NCBI GenBank assembly: GCA_003221005.1
Contig: QHTZ01000053.1
Coordinates: 1-26,553, forward strand
From: Gemmatimonadota bacterium
Lineage (GTDB): Bacteria > Gemmatimonadota > Gemmatimonadetes > Gemmatimonadales > GWC2-71-9
DNA: 26,553 bases
Direction: 5' to 3'
Under the pieces are notes generated by a model. The model searched no databases. It was not told the origin of the DNA and saw only the letters and a program-made list of their open reading frames with translations. Both the position numbers and the translations under genes were made by a program. This document shows positions 18,175 to 26,219 of the stretch, one piece after another (position 1 is the stretch's first letter; the number at the start of each line of letters is the position of its first letter).

Positions 18175-18927
18175 TCAGCTCTCTTTGCCGCCCTTGGGCT
18201 TCTCGGGCTTCTCCGCCTTCTCGGGCTTGGCCTTCGCTTCCGGCTTGGCTTCCGCCTTCCCTTCGACCTCGCCCTCGCCTTCCTCTTCCTCGCCTTCGCG
18301 GACCTTGCGGATCAGCTCGGGCTCGGCCACTTCGGCGGCGGCCTCGGGAGCAGGCGCGACCACCTCTTCGGCGCGCGGCGGGACCACCGTGGCAATGGTG
18401 AGGTCGTCCTGAGTCAGGATCGTCGCATTCGAGATTCGGAGATCGCGCACATGGAGCGAGTCCCCGATCTTCAGGGCTGTGACATCGAGCTCGACGCGGT
18501 CGGGGATGTTTTCGGGGAGCACTTCGATCTCCACCTCCCGCGTCACCTGGTCGAGCACGCCGCCCGCGTTGCGCACTCCATCGGGGGAGCCGACCAAGCG
18601 CACCGGCACCTTGAGCTTCACCTTCTCTTCGGCGTGGATCTCGTAGAAATCCACATGGATGATGTCGGGCCGGACCGGGTGGCGCTGAATCTCGCGGATG
18701 AGCGCCCGCGTCTTCTTGCCGTCCACCGCCAGCTCGATGATCGTACTTTCCGGCTCGACCCCGGTCAGCGCCTTCTCGAGCGCTTTCGCCCCCACGGAGA
18801 GCGCCTGCGTCTCGCGGCCGTGGCCGTAGATGACGGCCGGCACCTCGCCGCGGAAGCGAGCCTGGCGAGCCGCCCCCTTGCCGGTGGTGGTCCGCAGATT
18901 GGCTAAAAGCGAGACGACCTGTGCCAT
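18175..18927 (-). CDS. rplY: 50S ribosomal protein L25 / Ctc (long form)
   Basis: GKGAARQAR..G.VPAVIYG, IQRHPV..DIIHVDFY, GVRNAGG, IGDSLHVRDL, and a charged tail. Confidence 0.95.
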   Translation of the reverse strand: MAQVVSLLANLRTTTGKGAARQARFRGEVPAVIYGHGRETQALSVGAKALEKALTGVEPESTIIELAVDGKKTRALIREIQRHPVRPDIIHVDFYEIHAEEKVKLKVPVRLVGSPDGVRNAGGVLDQVTREVEIEVLPENIPDRVELDVTALKIGDSLHVRDLRISNATILTQDDLTIATVVPPRAEEVVAPAPEAAAEVAEPELIRKVREGEEEEGEGEVEGKAEAKPEAKAKPEKAEKPEKPKGGKES

Positions 18928-18936
18928 TGTGAGTCC

Positions 18937-18964
18937 TCAGCTATCAGACATCAGTGGTCAGTCG
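18937..18964. repeat. Heptamer tandem repeat TCAGnnn x4 in the prs-rplY spacer
   Basis: TCAGCTA TCAGACA TCAGTGG TCAGTCG. The last unit contains the prs stop codon. Confidence 0.6.
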
Positions 18965-19911
18965 AAGAGAGCGCTCACCGACTGATTCGAGTGCTCGTAG
19001 CCGATCGCCTTGGCGATCAGCCCCGCGATCGAAAGCACCTTCAGCTTTTCGAACCGCCGCTCCTCGGGGATCCGGATCGTGTTCGTGACCGCGACTTCCT
19101 CGATCGCCGAGGTGCGGAGCCGCTCCACCGCGGAACCAGACAACAGGGCGTGCGAGGCGAAGGCGTAGATCCGCCGCGCGCCAAGCCGTGACAGCGCCGC
19201 CGCGGCCTCCGTCACCGTCCCCGCCGTGTCGATCATGTCGTCGGGGATGAGGCAGTCCTTGTCCACCACTTCACCAACAACGTTGACGACTTCAGTCACG
19301 TTCGCCGAGGGGCGCCGCTTGTCGATGATCGCGAGCGACGCGTTCAGGCGCTTGGCGAACCCGCGCGCCATCTTCGCCGATCCCACGTCCGGCGCCACCA
19401 CCACGGGATCGTACAGCTGCTTCTGGCGGAAGTGGCTCACGAACACCGGTGCCGCGTACAGGTGGTCCACCGGGATGTCGAAGAACCCCTGCAGCTGATG
19501 GGAATGGAAATCCATTCCCAGCACGCGGTCCGCTCCGGCGTGCGTGATCAGATTTGCGATCAGCTTCGCGCTGATCGCGACGCGCGGCTGATCCTTGCGG
19601 TCCTGGCGCGCGTAGCCGAAGTACGGCACCACCGCCGTGATCCGGGCCGCGCTCGCCCGGCGCGCCGCGTCGATCAGCAGCAGCAGCTCCATCAGGTTTT
19701 CAGCCGGCGGGTTGGTCGGCTGGATGATGAAGACGTCGCGCCCGCGGACGTTCTCGTCGATCTTCACGAACAACTCGCCGTCGGCGAAGCGGCGCAGCGT
19801 CACCGCGCACAGCGGCTGCCCCAAATGGCTCGCCATCTCCTCGGCGAGCGGCCGGTTGGCCGTGCCGGCGAGCAGCAACAGCTGGATGCGGGAGACCGTC
19901 ATGTCCGCCAT
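18958..19911 (-). CDS. prs: Ribose-phosphate pyrophosphokinase
   Basis: FADGE, ENVRGRDVF, PYFGYARQDRK, VVAPDVG, IIDKRR, DDMIDTAGT. Start ATG 19911 (or 19902), not 20952. Confidence 0.97.
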   Translation of the reverse strand: MADMTVSRIQLLLLAGTANRPLAEEMASHLGQPLCAVTLRRFADGELFVKIDENVRGRDVFIIQPTNPPAENLMELLLLIDAARRASAARITAVVPYFGYARQDRKDQPRVAISAKLIANLITHAGADRVLGMDFHSHQLQGFFDIPVDHLYAAPVFVSHFRQKQLYDPVVVAPDVGSAKMARGFAKRLNASLAIIDKRRPSANVTEVVNVVGEVVDKDCLIPDDMIDTAGTVTEAAAALSRLGARRIYAFASHALLSGSAVERLRTSAIEEVAVTNTIRIPEERRFEKLKVLSIAGLIAKAIGYEHSNQSVSALFD

Positions 19912-19922
19912 GCGAGCCCCCG

Positions 19923-19951
19923 AAAATAGCCGGCAACCTGCGGGAAGCCAA
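19923..19951 (-). promoter_or_regulatory. Candidate sigma70 promoter for prs-rplY-pth-ychF
   Basis: Minus strand TTGGCT-17 nt-TATTTT, ending 11 nt before the prs ATG. Confidence 0.5.
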
Positions 19952-19955
19952 GGCG

Positions 19956-20870
19956 TTAATGCGGCTTTGGTCTGAGTCCGTCCAGCGCGGGCGTGAGCTG
20001 ATCCACTTGCCACAGGTCCAGCCGGTATACGGTGCCGCTGCGCGTGCGACGCACCCAGAACCGGCCGGCTGTCGAGTCGAAGGCCAGCGCCAGGAGCTCG
20101 CGGCCGCGCGTGCCCCGCACGGTCACGCGGCGCTGCGGCCGATCGAACCGCAGCGAGTCGGCTTGGCGCTCGGTCGCGAATCCCGCCGCGCTCACTCGAC
20201 GGAACCGCTCGAGCAGCTGCGCCACGGCGGCCGAGTCCGCGGGCAGGCCGCCCGGGAGCGTCCACTTCGTTCCGTGGCGGCGCAAGGCATAACTCTTCCG
20301 GCCGCGCTGCACCTCGACCGCGGCGATGCTGTCCGGCGGCACTGCGCCGATCTCGCGGTCCCGCCAGTCGTCCACCTGACGCGCCACGAGACTCCCGAGC
20401 TGCCCGCGCCACAGATACACGTGCGCGTCTCCCGGTACCCGCACGTAGGACGCGTCGTAATCGGGGCCGCGCCCGCCGACGATCAGGCGCACGAGCGACT
20501 TCCCGCCTCCCGCCAGGCGCAGCACCCGGCCGCTCGCGCTGTCCACGCCCATGCGGGCGAACGACGAGGGGCTCTGAGCGGCGAGCTCCGGCTTCGAGCT
20601 GTCCTTGAGGGCCTGCAGCAGGTCGTTCAGCGCCTGCTGCGAGGCCGCGTGCCCGTTGACGGTCCAGGCGGCTGCCGCCCGCTTTACGAGCAGCACGGTG
20701 TCGGCCTGATGGGTGATGGCGATCGTGTCCACGTCGCCCGGCGCGAGCACTGGCAGCCGCAGGTTGCCCGCGGTGGTGTCCGAACGGCGCGACAACAGCT
20801 CGCTCGCACCCCAGAGGAGCAGCAACACGACGAGGCCAAGCGCGATCACCTTCAGGTGCTTTGGGCTCAT
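19956..20870 (-). CDS. DUF4340-like membrane-anchored periplasmic protein (accessory of the Gld-type ABC module)
   Basis: MSPKHLKVIALGLVVLLLLWG anchor from ATG 20870 (ATGA overlap). Two internally repeated beta-rich units, YVRV and DDWRDREI. Position after the GldG-like gene. Confidence 0.75.
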   Translation of the reverse strand: MSPKHLKVIALGLVVLLLLWGASELLSRRSDTTAGNLRLPVLAPGDVDTIAITHQADTVLLVKRAAAAWTVNGHAASQQALNDLLQALKDSSKPELAAQSPSSFARMGVDSASGRVLRLAGGGKSLVRLIVGGRGPDYDASYVRVPGDAHVYLWRGQLGSLVARQVDDWRDREIGAVPPDSIAAVEVQRGRKSYALRRHGTKWTLPGGLPADSAAVAQLLERFRRVSAAGFATERQADSLRFDRPQRRVTVRGTRGRELLALAFDSTAGRFWVRRTRSGTVYRLDLWQVDQLTPALDGLRPKPH

Positions 20871-23101
20871 GCCACCTGGCGTGCGACGGGCTGGTAGACC
20901 TGCTGCGTGATGAGCCGCCGGCGCCACAGCCGCACGCCGCCCACAGCGACAAGCAACAACGGAATACCGATCACGTTCCCGTATTTCACGGCGTCGCGCA
21001 GCGCGCCAGTGGTGAACACGAGCGGGGGCGGGCTTCGATCCTTCGACCGGATCGCGATCAGCGCTTCGTCCTGCGCCAGCCAGTCCACGGCGTTCTGCAC
21101 GAAGACCGCGCCCCCCTCCCCGCTCCGCACGTAACGGTCGCTCGCGAAATCCGCGCTGCCGACCACGATCACCCGCCCGCGGGTGGCCGTAGCGGTTTTC
21201 GCGGCGGGGTTCACCTGTACGGCAAGCAGCCGGCGCGCGAGGGAGTCGCGGCTGAATTGCTGCGTGGGTTGCACGATCATCTCCGACTGCCGCGCGCCCG
21301 CGGCGCGGCTCGAGACAAAGAGAGGCGTGACCGTGCCGGGGGTCGCCTGCGCGGTGTCGATCGTGCTCCCCCACGGGACGAGGGCGGCGTCCACCTCGGC
21401 GTTCACAGGAGAGGCCTTGGTGCTGAGCGCTCGCACCCAGAGCGGGTAGGACACCAGCACCTGGCCGAACTGCACCGGCATCGCGACCTGCTCGTTCGAG
21501 GCGAGGTCGTAGACCATGTCCGACCGCACCGCCACGCCGTACGGCCGCAGCAGGTCGTTCCAGGGGACGGGGCGCGCGCTGGCGAGGGGGTACTGGTCGG
21601 CGAGGGCCATGCCGCTCGCCAACAGAAGCAGACCGCCCCCCGAATCCAAGAAAGCTTGCAGCCGGGCGAGCTGCGACTGCGCGACCGAGTCGGGAACGCC
21701 CGCGATCACCAGGACCTTGAGGTCGCGGAGCGGGGTCGAGTCGTCGGGGACCGCCACGGCGCGCACCGTGTAGTTCTGCTCGAGCTGTTCCCGGATGGTG
21801 TTATAGGTGCGGTTGCGCGCCGAGCCGGAGCGGTCCGTTGCGATGGTGAACCCGATGGCCGGCTTCTCCTTCCGGGTGAGCGCACGGATGAACGACGTGA
21901 GCCGGTATTCGAGGTCGCTCGCCTGTCGCACGAACGGGATCGTCTTCACGGCTTCGGCGTATTGCACGGCGATCCCGAGGTAGCCATCCTTCACCTGGAG
22001 CTCGCCACGCCCGACCACGTTGAACTGGACCGGCGGGATGCCGAGGGTGCGCGCCACGCGCGCGGCGGCGGTGTCGGCGGATGGATCCGCCACCACGAGC
22101 CGCAGCTTGCCGCCGCTTGCGGCGCGATAGTCCCGCAGCAGGTCGTCCACGTCACGCTTGAGGAAGGCGACTTCGGGGGGCAGCGCCGCTGAGGCGAAGA
22201 GCCTGACCGTGACGAGGTCGTCCAGGTGTGCGAGGATGCGGCGCGTGGCGGGGGAGAGCGTGTACGCCTTGCCGGGCGTGAGGTCGATCCGGCCCCCGAT
22301 GTGCCTGCCGAACAGGTTCAAGACGACGAGCCCCGCGACGAGAAGCGCCGTGCCGAGCCGGAGGCGCCGGATCGCCTCGCCGCGCGCCGTGAGCCGGCGG
22401 CGCATGAGCGCGAAGTAGGCGAGCACGAGGAACACGGCCGCTAGGCTGAGGAAGTACACGGCGTCGCGCAAGTCGATCACACCGCGCGCGATTCCGGTGA
22501 AGTGGGCGAGCACGCCCAGCGCTCCCGCGATCGCGCCGATCCGCGGCGGCAGGCCGACCAGCAGCGGGTCCAGGCCCACGAACGTCAGGACGAACATCAC
22601 GGCGACCCCCGCGATGAACGCGGTGATCTGATTGCGCGTCACGCTCGATGCCCAGACCCCAACGCCCGCGAGCCCCAGCGTGAGCAGTCCGGCACCCACG
22701 TACTGGGCGATCACCACGCCCCACTGCGGATGCGAGCCCGCGGTGAGGCCGAGCGGGATCGCGACCGTCAGCACGAGCGCGATCCACAGGAACAGGACTT
22801 GCCCCACGTACTTGCCGAGTAGCAGCTCGAGCTCGGTGATCGGTTGGGCGAGGACGACCTCGAGGACGCCGCTGCGTGCGTCTTCGGCGAGCGCGCGCAT
22901 CGTCACCGCCGGGACGAGGAACAGGAGCAGCCACGGCAGGAGGTCGAGCATCGGGCGGAGCGTCGCGACGCCGTACAGCTCGGCCTGGCGGAAGAAGAGG
23001 AAGTCGTTCGTCGCCACGAACACGACGAGCAGGATGTACGCCGTCGGCAGGTCGAACAGCGCCTTCAGCTCGCGCCGCGCGATGGTCCAGACAGCGTTCA
23101 C
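20867..23101 (-). CDS. Fused GldF-like ABC-2 permease and GldG-like periplasmic domain
   Basis: IARRELKALFDLPTAY, PAVTMRALAED..SG.LE, LLLGKY, STRNQI-like SVTRNQITAF, RGVIDLRD; then RIDLT..KAYTLS, LEYRLTSFI, FLDSGG, NAVDWL..DE.LIAIRSK and a C-terminal TM. Confidence 0.88.
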   Translation of the reverse strand: MNAVWTIARRELKALFDLPTAYILLVVFVATNDFLFFRQAELYGVATLRPMLDLLPWLLLFLVPAVTMRALAEDARSGVLEVVLAQPITELELLLGKYVGQVLFLWIALVLTVAIPLGLTAGSHPQWGVVIAQYVGAGLLTLGLAGVGVWASSVTRNQITAFIAGVAVMFVLTFVGLDPLLVGLPPRIGAIAGALGVLAHFTGIARGVIDLRDAVYFLSLAAVFLVLAYFALMRRRLTARGEAIRRLRLGTALLVAGLVVLNLFGRHIGGRIDLTPGKAYTLSPATRRILAHLDDLVTVRLFASAALPPEVAFLKRDVDDLLRDYRAASGGKLRLVVADPSADTAAARVARTLGIPPVQFNVVGRGELQVKDGYLGIAVQYAEAVKTIPFVRQASDLEYRLTSFIRALTRKEKPAIGFTIATDRSGSARNRTYNTIREQLEQNYTVRAVAVPDDSTPLRDLKVLVIAGVPDSVAQSQLARLQAFLDSGGGLLLLASGMALADQYPLASARPVPWNDLLRPYGVAVRSDMVYDLASNEQVAMPVQFGQVLVSYPLWVRALSTKASPVNAEVDAALVPWGSTIDTAQATPGTVTPLFVSSRAAGARQSEMIVQPTQQFSRDSLARRLLAVQVNPAAKTATATRGRVIVVGSADFASDRYVRSGEGGAVFVQNAVDWLAQDEALIAIRSKDRSPPPLVFTTGALRDAVKYGNVIGIPLLLVAVGGVRLWRRRLITQQVYQPVARQVA

Positions 23102-24039
23102 GGCTGCCCCGGCGTGGTGAGCTGGCGGAACAGCTCTTCGAGGTTCCCTGTCTCCTGATGGAGCTCGTACAGCGTCCAGCCGTGGGTCTTCGCCAGCTCG
23201 AAAATGCCCGGTCGCAGGTCCGCGTCCTTGTCGGCAGTCAGCCGCACGGCGACGCGCCCGTCCGCCCCGGCCCTGCTGGACTCGACGCTGCGCACCCCCG
23301 CGAGCCGCGCGAGACTCGCGGCGACATCCGTACCCCGGGCTTCGACGGCGATCTGGACGACGCCTTCCGCCTGTTGGATCAGCCGGTCCACCGGGCCGTC
23401 GGCCACGATCTTCCCGCCGCTGATGATCAGGAGGCGCGAGCAGCTCTGCTGCACCTCGGAGAGCACGTGCGTGGAGAGCAACACCGTGCGGTCCTTGCCC
23501 AGCTCCCCGATGAGACGGCGGATCTCGACGCGCTGGTTCGGGTCGAGTCCCTCGGTCGGCTCGTCCAGCACCAGCAGGTCGGGGCGGTGGAGGATCGCCT
23601 GCGCCAGACCCACGCGCTGGCGGAAGCCCTTGGACAGGTCGCCGATCGGCCGGTAATAGACGCTCTCGATACCGGTGGAGGTGACCGCCTCGTCGAAGCT
23701 CTGGTCCCGCACGCCGCCTACCAGCTGGCGCAGGTCCGCGATGAAAGCGAGGTAGTCGGCGACCAGCATGTCGCCGTAGAGGGGGTTGTTCTCGGGGAGA
23801 TATCCGATCCGGCGCTTGGCGTCGCGTGCGGCATCCGCGATGGGGGTGCCGTCCAGGCGGATGGTCCCGGCGTCAGGCTCGATGTACTGGGTGATCATCC
23901 GCATGGTGGTGGACTTGCCGGCGCCGTTCGGGCCGACGAAGCCCACGACCTCGCCGCGGTCGACGGCGAACGACACGCCGTCCACCGCGATCACGCCGTC
24001 AAATCGCTTGGAGACGCCTTCGAGAGTCAGGAATGGCAT
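23098..24039 (-). CDS. ABC transporter ATP-binding protein (GldA-like)
   Basis: [46 protein letters not shown]. Confidence 0.93.
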   Translation of the reverse strand: MPFLTLEGVSKRFDGVIAVDGVSFAVDRGEVVGFVGPNGAGKSTTMRMITQYIEPDAGTIRLDGTPIADAARDAKRRIGYLPENNPLYGDMLVADYLAFIADLRQLVGGVRDQSFDEAVTSTGIESVYYRPIGDLSKGFRQRVGLAQAILHRPDLLVLDEPTEGLDPNQRVEIRRLIGELGKDRTVLLSTHVLSEVQQSCSRLLIISGGKIVADGPVDRLIQQAEGVVQIAVEARGTDVAASLARLAGVRSVESSRAGADGRVAVRLTADKDADLRPGIFELAKTHGWTLYELHQETGNLEELFRQLTTPGQP

Positions 24040-24118
24040 GGCCGACGTCTGTGCGCTTGAAAGTGTCGGTGTCTCCGGGGGAGATGCTAATCACAGGTCG
24101 GTTGGTCGTTCAACCCCC
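23864..24118 (-). repeat. Copy 1 of a ~255-bp diverged direct repeat (ABC ATPase 5' end plus upstream region)
   Basis: Aligns with 24618-24872. 59 bp are identical (23876-23934 vs 24629-24687). Upstream TTGAAC and CATCT blocks are shared. Confidence 0.9.
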
Positions 24119-24194
24119 TATCTGTCCCAGGGCTGTCGCAGGGCGAGACGCGTGCGCTCGCGGCCGCGTACGTCTCCCGGCGCCGGGTCAAGGT

Positions 24195-24602
24195 TCAGTT
24201 GACCGTAATCGTGCCCGTCATGCCGGGGTGATTCATGCAGTGATATAGAACCGAGCCTGCCGTCGGGAACGTATGCGCGAACGCCTGTCCTGGGGGCAAG
24301 CTAGACGTGAAACCCGATGGGACACTCGCGAACGAGCGCGGTGCGGCGGAGACGTTGGGGGATGCGTAGTCGTCCGAGGTCACGGTGTGCAGGACGGTGC
24401 CGATGTTTTGCCAGCACACCGTCTGGCCGTGGGTGATGGTGGCGTTGCCAGGCGAGAAAGCTCGGCTGTCGGTCGCGTTGATCGTCGTCGCCGCGCCGGT
24501 GCCGCTACATGGCCCGGCGACCGTGGTCGAGTTGCCGCAGGCGGTAACGGCAAGAGCGGCAAGTCCGAGACCGATGACGAGGTTGATGCGCATGGGGTCC
24601 AA
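24195..24602 (-). CDS. Cupredoxin (plastocyanin/amicyanin-like) lipoprotein
   Basis: Lipobox LAVTAC, FSP...I..G.TV.W.N....HTVT, and type-1 Cu loop [12 protein letters not shown]. Start TTG 24602 (GGAGG 5 nt upstream) or ATG 24593. Confidence 0.88.
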   Translation of the reverse strand: MDPMRINLVIGLGLAALAVTACGNSTTVAGPCSGTGAATTINATDSRAFSPGNATITHGQTVCWQNIGTVLHTVTSDDYASPNVSAAPRSFASVPSGFTSSLPPGQAFAHTFPTAGSVLYHCMNHPGMTGTITVN

Positions 24603-24617
24603 AGTTGCCTCCGCGTC

Positions 24618-24790
24618 GTCCCGCGTCGGGCTCGATGTACTGGGTGATCATCCGCATGGTGGTGGACTTGCCGGCGCCGTTCGGGCCCACGAAGCCCACC
24701 ACCTCGCCGCGGTCGACGGAAGGACACCTCGGCCACCGCGATTACGCCGCCGAATCGCTTGGAAACACCCTCGAGCGTGAGGAATGCCAT
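24618..24790 (-). pseudogene. Truncated, frameshifted copy of the ABC ATPase 5' end (~57 codons)
   Basis: [24 protein letters not shown], a 2-bp deletion at 24719/24720, then [28 protein letters not shown], after which homology stops. Confidence 0.9.
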
Positions 24791-24963
24791 GGCCAGCGTT
24801 TGTCCGCTCTCGGGGTATCGGCGGTTGTCAGCGGAAGATGCCCGTCAGCGGTCGGCCAGTGGTTCAACCCCCCGCTGCCACGAGGAGATCCCGCCGCTCA
24901 AGTGCCCGTTTTCGTCACCCACGCGCCGCGATCTGTGACTCGAGGAGGCGCGCTCGGCCCGCT

Positions 24964-24998
24964 AAATGAACCGGGCGCAGCCACGTTCGCTGCGCCCG
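24964..24998 (-). terminator. Intrinsic terminator of lipoprotein unit 1
   Basis: 10-bp stem CGGGCGCAGC/GCTGCGCCCG (24972-24998) with a 7-nt loop, followed by GTTCATTT on the minus strand. Confidence 0.65.
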
Positions 24999-25025
24999 CT
25001 CCTCGTACCGCACTAGCCCGAGCAA

Positions 25026-25451
25026 TCAGTTGCAACTAACAGCCAGGTTACCAGCATCGGCGGAGTTGTCAGCATGGAAACTATTCGACCCACAGGAATT
25101 GCCGAAGACCTGGGTGAGTGCGAACACGCCGCCAGCCGTTCCCGCAGCAATCGCCGCGATCAGTAGCACGGTCTTCGACTTGTCGTGCTGCGGGGCCCGG
25201 ATGGACGTTAAGTCATGCAGCGGCACCGCCACCGGTTCGGCACCTTCCACCCCCGGCGTCGTGCCGTACAAGCTGTCTCCGCTGATGCGCGGCTGGGAAA
25301 CGGAGACTGACGAGTTGTCGTTGTAGGTGACGTACAGGGCCGCCGGGCGCTTCTCCGCGACGAACTGAGCCGGGTCCATCACCGGCCTCACGGTCGCGCA
25401 ACCGATGGTGCTGAACAGGACGAGCGCTAGCGAAACTCGGGCGAGTGCCAT
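25026..25451 (-). CDS. Hypothetical lipoprotein (141 aa) with C-terminal hydrophobic helix and Cys-x19-Cys tail
   Basis: GGGAGG RBS, lipobox-like STIGC (Cys18), small beta domain, helix VLLIAAIAAGTAGGVFAL, and a near-identical paralogue next door. Confidence 0.85.
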   Translation of the reverse strand: MALARVSLALVLFSTIGCATVRPVMDPAQFVAEKRPAALYVTYNDNSSVSVSQPRISGDSLYGTTPGVEGAEPVAVPLHDLTSIRAPQHDKSKTVLLIAAIAAGTAGGVFALTQVFGNSCGSNSFHADNSADAGNLAVSCN

Positions 25452-25487
25452 GGCGTCTAACCTCCCACGTGGAACGGATATATGCTA

Positions 25488-25516
25488 AACGTGGTTGCGA
25501 CCCTGCGGCGTGTCAA
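25488..25516 (-). promoter_or_regulatory. Candidate promoter of lipoprotein unit 1
   Basis: TTGACA-17 nt-CACGTT followed by AT-rich TAGCATATAT. Conserved in unit 2 as TTGAAA-17-CACGTT (26285-26257). Confidence 0.5.
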
Positions 25517-25739
25517 GGCCACCTGGTCCAAACACGGCCAAGCGTCCCGAAAGCCAGTCTCGTCGGGTGGCAGGTAAGAGCCCATTTGGGCCACTTGTGG
25601 GCCACGACGTGCCCCGAGGAGCCCTCGTCATGGTGCTGCGCCGCGAGGGGTAGTAGGCGGGGTCGTCTGCCTCCGTGCTGTGGATCGTAGGCCCGCGCCG
25701 TTGAGTGGGGCATCACGCGCTGTGCGCTCGCGGCCCGCT

Positions 25740-25775
25740 AAATGAAACCGGGCGCAGCCACGTTCGCTGCGCCCG
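25740..25775 (-). terminator. Intrinsic terminator of lipoprotein unit 2
   Basis: Identical 10-bp stem and loop (25749-25775), followed by GTTTCATTT on the minus strand. Confidence 0.65.
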
Positions 25776-25802
25776 CGCCTACTAGCCCGAGCGACCACCC
25801 GG

Positions 25803-26219
25803 TCAGGGGCAAACAACATTCTGTGGGTTTGAGGCCTCGGGATCTTGAGTAGTGGTCACACAGGACCCGCCGAAGATCTGGGTGAGCGCGAACACGCCGC
25901 CAGCCGTTCCCGCAGCAATCGCCGCAATCAGTAGGGCGGTCTTCGACTTATCGTGCTGCGGGGCCCGGATGGACGTTAAGTCGTGCAGCGGCACCGCCAC
26001 CGGTTCGGCACCTGACACTCCCGGCGTCGTGCCGAACAAGCTGTCTCCGCTGATGCGCGGCTGGGAAACGGAGACTGACGAGTTGTCGTTGTAGGTGATG
26101 TACAGGGCCGCAGGGTGCTTCTCCGCGACGAACCGAGCCGGGTCCATCACCGGCCTCACGGTCGCGCAACCGATAGTGCTGAACAGGACGAGCGCTAGCG
26201 AAACTCGGGCGAGTGCCAT
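25803..26219 (-). CDS. Hypothetical lipoprotein (138 aa), paralogue of 25026-25451, with Cys-x16-Cys tail
   Basis: True start is ATG 26219 (same RBS as the paralogue). 110/117 residues are identical up to FG, then the tail is unrelated. Confidence 0.85.
   Translation of the reverse strand: MALARVSLALVLFSTIGCATVRPVMDPARFVAEKHPAALYITYNDNSSVSVSQPRISGDSLFGTTPGVSGAEPVAVPLHDLTSIRAPQHDKSKTALLIAAIAAGTAGGVFALTQIFGGSCVTTTQDPEASNPQNVVCP

Larger units (their letters stand above)
24948..25548 (-). repeat. Lipoprotein unit 1 (promoter, RBS, CDS, terminator); direct repeat of ~25722-26316
   Basis: Similarity extends ~95 nt upstream of the ATG and resumes downstream of the stop. The ATGs are 768 bp apart. 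Confidence 0.9.

Noticed and set aside
18175-18300. Repetitive EEEE/KPEK tail of L25
   Set aside because: Low-complexity charged tails are ordinary for long-form L25/Ctc.
159-24060. Many long overlapping or antisense ORFs in the track (e.g. 788-1801+, 2438-3697+, 9057-10544+, 20861-22192+) and N-terminal extensions of smc, prs, aroF and rpsF
   Set aside because: These are shadow ORFs expected in GC-rich DNA. They are Arg/Pro/Ala-rich, have no motifs, and overlap well-supported genes.
24855-24880. GGTTCAACCCC as a plus-strand tRNA T-loop
   Set aside because: No paired T-stem or other arms. It is better explained as the duplicated TTGAAC upstream element of the ABC ATPase.
25449-25470. GTTAGAC (perfect integron core GTTRRRY) 3 nt before the ATG of both lipoprotein genes, suggesting integron cassettes
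   Set aside because: There is no complementary RYYYAAC or attC-like palindrome upstream and no integron integrase in the window. The units have their own promoter, and the motif overlaps the RBS spacer.
25026-25880. Variable C-termini as a diversity-generating retroelement VR/TR pair
   Set aside because: The tails differ in length and at all base types rather than only at adenines, and no reverse transcriptase is in the window.
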